DNA of 63,481 nt, counting the filler, from Reclinomonas americana ATCC 50394 (lineage: Eukaryota), in assembly GCA_048213135.1 (NCBI GenBank). It is 16 parts of 16 records of this genome, joined end to end, with 100 filler letters (N's around TTAATTAATTAA, not from the genome) between each part and the next. Parts side by side here need not be neighbours in the genome. Positions count along the whole stretch, not along the records: positions 17,009 to 39,910 come from AFZH01021536.1; positions 40,011 to 41,803 come from AFZH01021537.1; positions 41,904 to 44,176 come from AFZH01021538.1; positions 44,277 to 47,241 come from AFZH01021539.1; 12 more parts are not named here. One strand, given 5' to 3'. Position 1 is the first letter of the stretch; every line of letters begins with the position of its first letter. Position numbers and translations under genes: made by a program. The notes below the pieces were generated by a model that did not search any database, had not been told where the DNA came from, and saw only the letters and a list, made by a program, of their open reading frames with translations. Below are positions 34,848 through 45,566 of this stretch, one piece after another.

Positions 34848-37800
34848 TCACAACTCAATGGTGAACCCACCCAGTTTCTCTCGCAGATCACGCATCACCG
34901 TTCTTGCTTCAACCGCAGTTGGTCGATCGTAGAACAGCGACATGCATCTATGAGGCAAAGTGAGCGGCGAGCCCACTCTTCGAAGCCTCCCTTTCCCTCT
35001 TCGTCTCCTTCGCACGCAACTGTACCCCCAACCGCAGTATCCCACTCGCCACATCCGCCGGCCACTGACCTGCGGCACGATCGGCCTCGGCCGCAGCGTC
35101 CACGGTGTCGAGTGATCGCTCCCATCGCGCCGCCTGTCCCACCAGCGTGCGTGCCTCGCGACCCGTCAGCAGCTGGAGCAAGATGACGCCGAATGCGTGG
35201 AGATCCATGGAGGAGCGAATGTCACCCGAGCGCACGAAGAGTGGGTCAATGTAGTGCGGGGAACCGGAGTGGGTGGCGGTGTGGTGGTGGGTCTGCGCAA
35301 AATGGTGAAGAGAGTGGGGTCAACAAAGGGACGGAGAGAAGGATGACGGAACTCAAGTGGAGGTCATGTTCTCAGAGTGCGACGAAGGCCTCAGAAGTGC
35401 AGGGAGACTGAATGCTTCACGAGAGTTTGGACAGGGAAATCTGCCATTCTCTCTGCTTCTTCATCATAGATAGCTGAGAAGATCCGGTCTCTCTGAGGTG
35501 CACACACAATATTCTGACCAGTGCGGGGGAATGTCAGGCTGGGAGTACTTTAAGATGCTGCAGCGCGCACGTTGCAGGAAATGTGATAGCAGGAGTGCAA
35601 AGTGTCGTGTCCTGAGGGAACTGTTGTGATCAACAAAGCAGTGACGGCCTCTCTCAAGGATCCCAACACAGATGCAGGCAGTTCTTCAAGCAGGCGAACA
35701 GAGAATAAGAAGGAAAAGCCAAAAAAACGGTTGCATCAGCGAGTTGCAACTGCAATAGCGTTGAACGCCTCTCAACGAACGAGAATTGAGTGCACACAAA
35801 CAGCAGGAAGGAGCAGTCAACACACTGCTTCGCCAGAGATCGATGCACGAACCAAGCCTCCCTCAATGAAGAAGAGAGAGCAGCACGCAAACAACAGGCA
35901 TATTACGTCTCTAGCTTTTCCTCCCCTGATGGAAGCATCTGTTGTGTGCCTACGAGCAAACACGCGCATTCACCACAAAGAGAGAGAGAGCGTCTCCAAT
36001 GTGCAACTCAGTGTGGGAAGAGACGAGGCTCAACAAAGAAATGGATGAGACACACATCCATGTGCATTGGAATCCCGTGCAGCATGGAGACCGAGAGAGC
36101 AGTTGGGAAAGAAGTGCTCCGAATCGTCAACAAGCACCGCAGCTCACAGATCGATAGAACGAGTGCAGTGCACTCCAACAAAGAAGCGGAGACACATCTC
36201 AATGTCCTTCGCAAATCATAGAGGCCGAGAGAACAGTGAGAATCATCGAGACACAAACATGCAACTCAGCTCTGGTATCGATAGATCGAGTGCAATGCAC
36301 TCAGACAAAGTAGGAGAAGAGATGCATCTGCCTGTGGTACGAAAACCATCAAGACTGAGAGAGTAGTGAGAAGCAGACATGTATCGAGTAACAAACATGC
36401 AACTCAGCTCGGGGATCTGGAGAATGAGTGCATTGGATTCAACAACGAAGAAGAGGAGACGCATCCCCATGTGCTAGAGACCGAGAGAGTAGCGAGGAGC
36501 AGGCACGCATCGAGACACAAACGTGCACCTCAGCTCGGGAATCGACAGAACGAGTGCATTGCACTCCACCAATCGAAGACGAAGAGAACCAGCTCCATGT
36601 GCTACGAAACTTCGTACAGCATAAATACACCGAGAGAAAAGTGAGAAGCAAACAACAGAGCGAGTGCAACGCACGCCAACAACGAAGAAGAGGAGAAACA
36701 TCTTCCTGCAATTCTCCATCTGAGGACACACGCTCACCTCCCCCTCATCAAAAATGCGTGCAATGCCAAAGTCTCCGAGGCGTGGCTCGCATCGGTTGTC
36801 GAGCAGAATGTTGGATGGTTTGAGATCGCGGTGCACGACGCCGTTCTGAGAGTGGAGAGAGAGTGAGGGTGACGAAGGACGGGCAGGTGAACATTTGGAG
36901 AGAGAGGGCGATGGTATCCGAGAATGCATGACACACCAAAGAATTCGTCATCTGAGAGAAGATTGTAAGAGAGGTGGAAGAGAAGAAAAGAAAGATCGTC
37001 AGCTTGAACAGTGAGCACCACATCACGAATGATGGCATCCACAAGTGAACTGTCGAGAGTTAGAAGCACGACTAGAGAAAAGACAGGAAACACAGTCCAA
37101 CGACAGACAGCTTAGTGAAGACGAGTCAGCTGACAATAACCAAAGACACAGCCTTATTAACAAAGAAGAGTCTCTAGATGCTCTCGCAAACCACACACAA
37201 ACAATGATTACTCTCGCGAAGCAGAGCAGGAAAGGGAGACTGCCGCCTCACTCACCTGATGCAAGAAGCACATGCCCTCGACAATGCCGAGTCCGATTTG
37301 TACGCGCTCCACCACTGTCAGAGGCTGCATGCCGGTCGCTCGCTTCATGAGTCGCACCTCCAGATCTTGTCCACTGTGTGCGAAGCACAGGAAGGTGAGA
37401 TGAAGAAAGCAATGCGCAGGGTGGAGAAAGAGAAAGGAAAGAAGCAAAGGAGGAGACAATGCGCTTGGTTGAAGAAGAATGACGATCTCTGGAAGGTGCT
37501 CATTGTGTATGGACCAGTGAAGACTCAGATTATTATTTCAAGGAGAGGGAGAGAGAGAAAGAAACAAGGAGGGGAGGTGGAGAGTGAATAGCGGAGAGAC
37601 AGATATAATGCAAGTAAACGCGAGAAGAGAATCAACAAACCAACCGCCTCGTCACACTTCCCCCCACCAACTCACCGCATGGCTCGATACACCAGGCACC
37701 AACCTCGCACCGCGTCACCCTCCACCAATGTGGAGTAACCAAGCAGTGGAACAAGTCGGCGGTGATGCAGTCGTCCAATGGTGTTCAACTGGAGAGAAGG

Positions 37801-39432
37801 GAGTGAGACAAGAAATACCACAAGCCCATCTCCTTCCGCCATCTCACACCTCGGCATCATACGACTCCATGGCCCACGGTGCGGCATGATCCAGTCGCTT
37901 CACAGCCACATCTTCCTCGTTCAGCCAACACAGAAACACGTCACCTTGGCCGCCTTCACCGGCTTTAAGATCGTCGGAAAAGGAGTTGGTGGCGCGGAGA
38001 ATGTCAGGCCAGGGGTATTCGCGAAGGCGATTGGGGTCCGCGGCTGCAGATGGGGAAAGAGAGGTTCAGAGTGACGGTACGCAGAGAAGAGATGCATCTC
38101 TCTCACTCGCACCTTGGAGTGTGGCCAGCTTGCGGCGCAGGCGATCGACTTCGAGGCGCAAGCGCTCATTTTCACGCGTCTGATCGGCAGACCGCTGTCG
38201 CTCATCATCGAGTGATTGAGATTGCTGGTCCAGTTCGCGTCGTAGCTGAGTGACGCGCTGCTCGGAAGTGGCGTGAGCTTGCTGTAATTCCGTGTTTGAT
38301 TGCTGTAGTTGACCCACTATGTCTTCGTGCTCTCGTCGCTGTTGCTCAGCTTGTCGCTCGTGCTCCCGCTGCTGCTGCTCCCGCTCCAGACGGTATGCAT
38401 CGTGCTCGCGCTGCAGTTGGGCGATGAGCGCATCCTTGTCGGCGAGCTGGCGGGACATTGCGGCGTCCTCGGCCTGCAGGGGAACAAGGAAGTCGAAAAA
38501 GGGTGCGAGAGATCGATAGTGAGGGCAAAACATGAGACAGTGCGCGAATGGACTGATACGGGAAGGAATGCGCAGATTCTCACCTGTTGCTGTGGAGATG
38601 CTGCTGCTGCTGGCACAGGGGCGGCTTCATGATTCGAGAGGACGAGAAATACACAAAGTCAAGATTCGCAGGTCAGGGACTGAGACAACAACAAAGGTCG
38701 CAGAAAAGACGGAAGGGAGATACCTGGAGGCGGAGACCGCGGCTGCTGTTGTTGTTGTCGGGGTGGTGGTGCTGGCTGCGCAGCGAGGCGTTCGAGCAAC
38801 TCGGCGATTTGTTGATGGCCCTGTTGGCGTGCCCATTGAGCCGCCGTCTTGCCCTCCTTGTTGACCATGGGAACGAGGTCGAGAAAGCGAGTGGCGATGA
38901 GTCGCACAATGGCTTCGTGTCCTTGAGCGGCAGCGGCGTGCAGAGCAGTGGACTGTGGCTCGCTGTGACGATCATTGGTGCCCGCCCGCACCATCTCCGG
39001 CTGACATCGTCGCTCATCGGCCAACAACCACTCGACCACTTGCAGATGTCCCTTGTAGGCAGCAATCATCAGTGGTGTCATGCCATAGTCGTTGACCAAC
39101 TGTGCGAGTTCCGGACCGACACCACTCTCCTCCCACAAATACTCCAACACAGAGAGATGGCCTTGGAAGGCGGCACGGTAAAATGCCGATGCACCCTCAT
39201 GCATCTCCTCTCTCTTCAGCAGAGTGCGCGCACCCTCACGCGCCACCAGCTCGCGCAGTGCCTTCACATCGCCATTCAACGCCATCTGCCATGCTCTCAG
39301 CCTGCAAAACACAACAACAAGCAAAGAGAGTGAGTGCGCTCCAATGACCGACCAGACAACAAACAACTGAATCACAAACCTCTTTCCTCCGCCATCACTG
39401 CCCGCCACAGCTCCACTCTGTGCAGCACCCAT
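34848..39432 (-). CDS. ANK-coiled coil-IRAK/Pelle-like kinase, copy 5 (most divergent kinase)
   Basis: Same layout. Starts MGAAQS, ANK exon 39301-38724, coiled-coil exon 38473-38113, G-loop GEGGQGDVF, enlarged intron 36737-35293. Confidence 0.88.
36140..36715. repeat. Diverged ~125-bp tandem repeat (about 5 copies) in the post-DFG intron of copy 5
   Basis: Recurring gatagaacgagtgca.tgcactc...aagaggaga.acatc and acaaacatgcaactcagctc. The first of these motifs occurs once in the same intron of copies 1-4. Confidence 0.75.
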
Positions 39433-39802
39433 TCTTCGCACTCACACCTCGTCTCAAAACAACAGAACACAATGCAGACAGCGAGTGTCCTGCAAAAGTT
39501 TTGTTTCAACTTCGTCATCGTCTTCCCCTTTCTCCATTCCCTCGCTCACTCGCTGCATAATCAACACACGCGCACAGCCGTCGAACTTCACGCCCGCGCA
39601 ACAGGGTAAACACACGCGCAAACACAAGTCGACGTTCATCACGCGCAGGACAACTTTCTCAAATGAGGTGTGAGAGCAAAGCAACAGAGTCACTGAGTGA
39701 GTGTGTGTTATGTGTGTGTGTCTCTCTCACTGTGTGTCTTCTCTTGTTTTTTCTTGCGCAGTGATCCTGATCAGCAACAACAGCGCGCGAAACCAGTTGA
39801 GT

Positions 39803-39910
<108 letters not shown>

Positions 39911-40025
39911 NNNNNNNNNNNNNNNNNNNNNNNNNNNNNNNNNNNNNNNNNNNNTTAATTAATTAANNNNNNNNNNNNNNNNNNNNNNNNNNNNNNNNNN
40001 NNNNNNNNNNCTCTCTCTTCTTCCT

Positions 40026-40056
<31 letters not shown>

Positions 40057-40637
40057 ACTCACTCACTCCCTCCCTTCTCTCACTCTCTGTCTCTCTCTCT
40101 CCCACGTCTCTCTCTCTCTCTCTCTCTAACACTCTCTCTCTCTCTCACACTTGCTTGCTCGCTGTGTCTCCTCTTCATGCATATCACCCAATCAGGGACA
40201 GTGTTTCAGTAAGGATCATCTGTTCTCTTTCTTTTGCCTTCTCCCACTGCCTCTCGTTCCCCATTACTCCCTCCTCCCTCCGTCCTTCTCCTTTCTCCCT
40301 CTCCCTTGTCGTCGCCTTCACCCTCCCTTCGCCCTCTCCACTCCTTGATCTCCGTGTCCCTCTCTCAATCTGTCGCACACACTCAGAGTGAGAGAGAGAG
40401 AGAGCGAGGTCCAACTCACAGTTCACATGGTCCTTCATCTACTTGTCTTCCTTTCTTTCTGTCCTTCACTCGCTCACTGTGTCTTCTCTTCATACATATC
40501 ACACCCACGAACAGAGAGTGTGACTCGGCAAGGACCATTTAACAGTTTTCTTCATTTCGCACGCCGTATTCTCTCCTTCTCTTTCTCCCTCTTATTCTCT
40601 CCCCTTCCCTTCCCTCACTTCTCCCCCTCCCACCCAG

Positions 40638-41803
40638 GTCGTCGCCTTCACCCTCCCCATCGACCCCCGTCGCCTCCGCGCCAAGAAAGGCAACGGCAAC
40701 GACGATGACGACGACGAGGACGACGGACAGCCGGTGATGAAGAAGCAAAAGACGGGCGGCTTTTCACTATCGTCGTTCCTGCCCGCCCCGAAGAATCCAG
40801 TGGGAAAGTGAGTGGATGGGGGAGGGAAGGGATGGCAGGAGGGAGGGAGGAGAGAGAGAGAGAGCGAGGCAGGTGAGATGAGATTGATGAGTGAGAAACA
40901 CGCACACGCGCGGACACATACACGCACAGAGCGAGCTTCAGGAACAGGTTTAGAGGCATCGACAGAGAGAAACAAACACAAACACACATTCACGCACACA
41001 GAGAGAGTTAGTGAGAGAGAGAGAGAGATAGAGACACGTGCGACGAGGGAACCTGCGTGGGAAGATGAGAGAAACGAATGGGAAGTAAGATACATTGGGG
41101 ATGATGGAGGGGAAGAGTGGGCAAGGGAGCACAGCACGGGAGGTAGAGAAATGAAAGGAGCGCCCTTTTCCTCATTCCACCCATCTCCCACAGAGCGGCC
41201 GCCCCTGAGAAACCCGCCGCCGCCGCTGCCACCGCCGCAGCAGCAGCTGCCGCAGCCGCCAAGCAGGCCGCGGAACAAAAGCAACAAGAGGACGAAGACG
41301 AAGAGGAAGAGGAGTTCGTCAGATTTGCTCTTACGCTTTTACTTAATTCTTCCCTCACTCCTCTCCTCAACAGCGATGACGGCGACAATGGCGGCGCGCT
41401 CCTCGGTCTCTCAGGCTACGGCGACAGCGACGAAGAAAAGGAAGACGAAGACGAAGACGAGGAAGAGGCAAAGCCGCAACCTGCAGCACGTGCCGCCGCC
41501 GCCTCATCAGCCCCCAAGTCATCTCTCCCCTTCATGCCCCACGCTCTGCGCGGCAAGACTGTCGGCACTGAGCGCAAGAAGATTGTGGAGGGCCAGGTGG
41601 AGACGGCAGCGCAGCGCGGCCACCGACACGGCGTGTCGGCCGAGCAGGAGGCCAGATTACAGGCAGCGGAGAAGAAGGTGATTATTGCCAAAGAATCTAG
41701 CGTCTCATCACTCCGTCCTCATCTCTCCCCGCTGCAGCCGCCCGTCATCGACGACGGCCTCGATTTCTTCAATCTCGGCTCCATCAAGGCCTCCTCGGCT
41801 CCA
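40638..41803 (+). CDS. PRCC: PRCC-like (proline-rich, spliceosome-associated) protein, internal exons
   Basis: VVAFTLPIDP...KKQKTGGFSLSSFLPAPKNP resembles the PRCC L..LLP.PKN motif. Acidic and Ala-rich exons follow. Confidence 0.6.
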
Positions 41804-42901
41804 NNNNNNNNNNNNNNNNNNNNNNNNNNNNNNNNNNNNNNNNNNNNTTAATTAATTAANNNNNNNNNNNNNNNNNNNNNNNNNNNNNNNNNNNNNNNNN
41901 NNNTGGAGGGATGCAGGAGGTATGATGAGGGCGTTGATGGGGAAGGGATATGGGGGAAGGGGATTATGGGGGAAGAGAGAACTGAGTGGAAGGAGCATGT
42001 GGAGGAGGGTAGGATGCAGAGGTGACGTGGAGGGGAAGGGTTGGAAAGGAAGTAAAGAGGGGAAGGGATAGAGGGGAAGAGAGAACTAAGAGGGAGGAAG
42101 ATTGAGAGGATGAGTACGCAGGGAAGGCTGGAAGACTGGAGTGTGTGTGTGCGAGAGAGAGAGAGGAGGGGTGGAAGAGTGCATGAGGTAGAGATTTGGA
42201 GAGAACAAAGAGAGGAGGGGGGTGGAAGCGTGAATGAGGGAGACATTTGGAGAGAACAAAGAGAAGACAGAGAGAGTGAGTGAGAGCCAGAGACGAAGAG
42301 AGAGACTGGGACAGAACGGGCGTTCGTGTCGCCATTGGGTGCTCCAGACTGGCAATGCGGTGTTTGTGTGCAGGACGATGGACATCGTGTGTTAGAGTGT
42401 GCAGTGGCGGATGTTTCGAGCGCAACAGGCACCGAGGTCAAGGAGTTTCCCCAGTGCCTCACTGAGAGTGAAAGAGAGAGATTTGGAAGTACACTGTGGA
42501 CTGAGTGGAAAACAGAGAGGTGGTGACTTATGTGAAAGAGAGAGGGAGAGGACTTAGAACGCGTGGATAGGGGGGGTATGAGGGAGAGATTTGGAGAGAA
42601 CAAAGAAAGAGTGTACGTGTGAGAGTCAGGCAGAAAGAGAGATTTGGAAGTGCGTAATGTATAAATGTTGAAAGGCAGAGTACACGAGAGAATAAGAGGG
42701 GAATAAATACTGCCTCAGAAAATTTGAGCAGGAGAGCGCGTGGAGAACTTGGAGTGAGTGAAGGAGGGGTGGTATTCGAATATGTGGACAGTGCGATTGT
42801 GTGGACAGCTAGAGACGACGAACTGTCACATTCCCCTCCTTCCCCCTCCTTGCCCCTCCTCCCCCTCCCTTCCCCTCATCACGCCCTTCCCCCTTTGCAA
42901 G

Positions 42902-43099
42902 GTCGTCATCAAAACCCAATTCTACGACCCCCGCACCGGCTCCATGCGCGCCACCGGCAGCGCCTCAAAAATGCACAAGCGCAAGCACCAGATCAACTCT
43001 CTGGTCATCGACGCGCTCTCACGCAAGCGCGAGTTCCAGGAGACGCGCGCCGCCGGCCAGCGCACCAAGCGCGAGACGGCGCAGCGGTATGGTTGGTGA
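42902..43099 (+). CDS. PRCC: PRCC-like protein, terminal exon
   Basis: KRKHQINSLVIDALSRKREFQETRAAGQRTKRETAQRYGW* matches the PRCC C-terminal signature KRKHQI..L...A......L......T..KYG[FW]. AAG acceptor. Confidence 0.85.
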   Translation, partial: VVIKTQFYDPRTGSMRATGSASKMHKRKHQINSLVIDALSRKREFQETRAAGQRTKRETAQRYGW

Positions 43100-43803
43100 T
43101 GTGGCAGTGCTGTTGGAATGTAAGTGGATGACAGCGGATTTGAGGGGAAGAGGCGTGGGGCAGTGTGTGCTGGGTCGAAGTGGCGGCTTGAGAAGTTCTT
43201 GCGGAAGATGCGATGCACTGCACACTTGTTGTGTGGAGAGGTTTTCTTGCGATCATGTTTGTTGGCGGATGGAGATTGTGATCTTGAGAGATTGGGAATA
43301 AGGGTGAGGAAAGTGGAAGGAAGGGACCGAAGGGAAACGAATAAGGGAGAAAAGGAGGAGAGAAAGAGGTAATAGTAGTAGGTGTTGGTGTGAGGCAATT
43401 GGATTCTTGTTCGGAGTGACGTGAGTACGAGAGGAGGTGGTCGCCTTGTTGTTGTTGTTGTGTGCACAGTGTTGTTTTGGTCATACCTGTCGTGTCTGTG
43501 ATTGTAATAGAGATTGAGTCTGGAAGTGATATCTGCGCAGCATGAGACGAACGGGCTTGTTGTTTAGTTTCGCGCATTGATATTGATAGTGTCGGCGGGA
43601 ATAGTGTGAGTCCTCGTGCCAGAGAGGTCATTGACTGGCGTGGTATCTGTGCAAGATGAGAAAAATGGGCACTGTAGATTCGTGGGGAGCGACTTTCTTG
43701 TTACTTCACTCGATTGGGGACATTGTCTCGCCTCCTGCATCCGTGACTGCATTGCATTATCACTTTACGGCCTCTTCTTCTCCTCCTTCCGCTCCCCTGC
43801 CCT

Positions 43804-44096
43804 TCAAAAATAATGCCGCATGGTCACGCCCACCTTGTCGACAAACGACGCCCGCTTGCCCCCTCCATTCGGGTCCTCCACCGACTTGAGGCCCATCCAC
43901 AGCAGTGTGCACTCGCGGTGGAAGAGAAAGCGCACCAGCGAGCGTGTGATGAGGCGTCGTCCATTGTCGCCGGCCAGCGCGACTTGTGCGGTGCTGCCGC
44001 CGTAGGTGGTGATGACGGCGACGCGGCGAATGTTGGTGAGAAGCGGGAGGATGCGGCCGGATTCGGGGTTGTCGGTGTCGAGGCGGAAGGCGACGC
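43804..44096 (-). CDS. Flavodoxin-like fold NAD(P)H:quinone oxidoreductase (Flavodoxin_2 family), terminal exon
   Basis: Not in the ORF track. Manual translation: (G)VAFRLDTDNPESGRILPLLTNIRRVAVITTYGGSTAQVALAGDNGRRLITRSL...RASFVDKVGVTMRHYF*. Confidence 0.75.
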
Positions 44097-44276
44097 CTGG
44101 GTGGGGAAAAGGTGGGTGAGGGAATAGAGGGGGAGGGGAGGAGGGGAGGGAGGAGAGAAGGAGAGCGAGAGCGAAANNNNNNNNNNNNNNNNNNNNNNNN
44201 NNNNNNNNNNNNNNNNNNNNTTAATTAATTAANNNNNNNNNNNNNNNNNNNNNNNNNNNNNNNNNNNNNNNNNNNN

Positions 44277-44666
44277 CCGCCCGCGCGCAGTGACTCCTCA
44301 GCGCGCGTGCACAGTGTGGCGGAGAGGGAGTGCGGGGAGGGGTGCGCGTGCAGGAGCAGGACGCGGTACGGTGGCGGCGGCTGCTGGTTGATGAGAGGTG
44401 GAGGAGGCGGGACAAAGGAGGTGACGCGGTTGAGCAGGGTGGCGGCCCAGCGGATCAACGGATTGCGCCAGAGGGCGGTGTTGTGGTAGTGGTAGAAGGC
44501 TGCGTGTGCGAGGGAGTGTGTGTGTGAGGGATGAAGAGTGAAATGCGAGAATGTAATATGCGAAACCAGTGGAATCCTGTTGTGTGGAGAAGAGAGAGTG
44601 AGTGGGAATGGCTGAGAGAGAGAGAGAGAGAGAGTATGCGTGCAATGAACGCACGTTGGTGGACAT
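44277..44666 (-). CDS. Flavodoxin_2 oxidoreductase, N-terminal exons
   Basis: Exon from 44499 encodes ...PPYRVLLLHAHPSPHSLSATLCTRAEESLRAG (family motif L...AHP...S). Tentative tiny upstream exons MSTN (ATG 44666) and DST. Confidence 0.65.
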
Positions 44667-45566
44667 CCTGTCTCTCTCTCTCTGCGAGTGTGTGTGTGTG
44701 TCTCACCGCGCGCGCGAGCACTACAAATTTTCACGACGCGATCGATATTGGGATGTAGTGATCAAAGAAATGAGGAGAACTGACGAGGGACAAGGCGATT
44801 TGATGGAGGACAAGGGTGGACGCTGCGAGGTGACTTCAACTCAGGTCGTTGTTGCTAGTTTGTTGTGTAGTTGAATTGTTGTCGTTCCGTTATTCCTTGT
44901 TTTTTCTCTTCCCCTTTGCGACAGCAAGGGTTACCTTACACACACATACAGGGCGCGGTTCCGTCGTCTGTGCTGAGTGATGCAGGTTGGTGTGAGAAAA
45001 AAAGAAGGAGAAAAAGATCAAAGTCACAATGCACCTGAAGCTGAATTCAAAAATGGGCCAGGCTCTCGTCACATACTATACTCTCCCTGCCCTCTCTGGC
45101 CTAGTTATGCACACAAAGCATCTCATCACAGAGAGGCATGAACGAAATTCGAACATTGCAAATTCGAATTTCCACAGTTCATGTTGTGCTGAATCCAAAA
45201 ACGAGCCGAATTCTCACAACACACACTATTTCCTCTGCTCCCTCTTCTCCACTTACGCACACAATCGCACCGGTGGCGTGAACAAAAGTGAAAATTCGAA
45301 CACGCGCTCGCTCGCGGAGAAATTTTACGCGCGGATATTTTTGGTTGCCACTCTTTGCGCGCAAGTTACACACTTGTTCCCTCCTCTCTCTCACACATCC
45401 CCTCATTACTCACTCACTAACCTTTCACAGTCAAACCACACAACAAACAAAAAACTTTTTTGTTTTTCTGTTTGCCTTTTTTTGTGTGTGTTTTCATAGT
45501 GCGCGTTTTTTTGTGTGTTTTTTTTGTGTCTCTCTCTGTCTGTGACACCAAGAGTAACCTTACACA

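Noticed and set aside
34200..34850. Extra C-terminal exons or a small gene downstream of copy 5
   Set aside because: There is no convincing acceptor/ORF with exon-like codon usage, and the stop after ...FT(M/I)EL is conserved in all copies.
18199..39432. Array as assembly duplication or alleles of one gene
   Set aside because: The copies differ by many substitutions and indels in exons, introns and flanks, and lie on one gap-free contig. Local chimerism is still possible.
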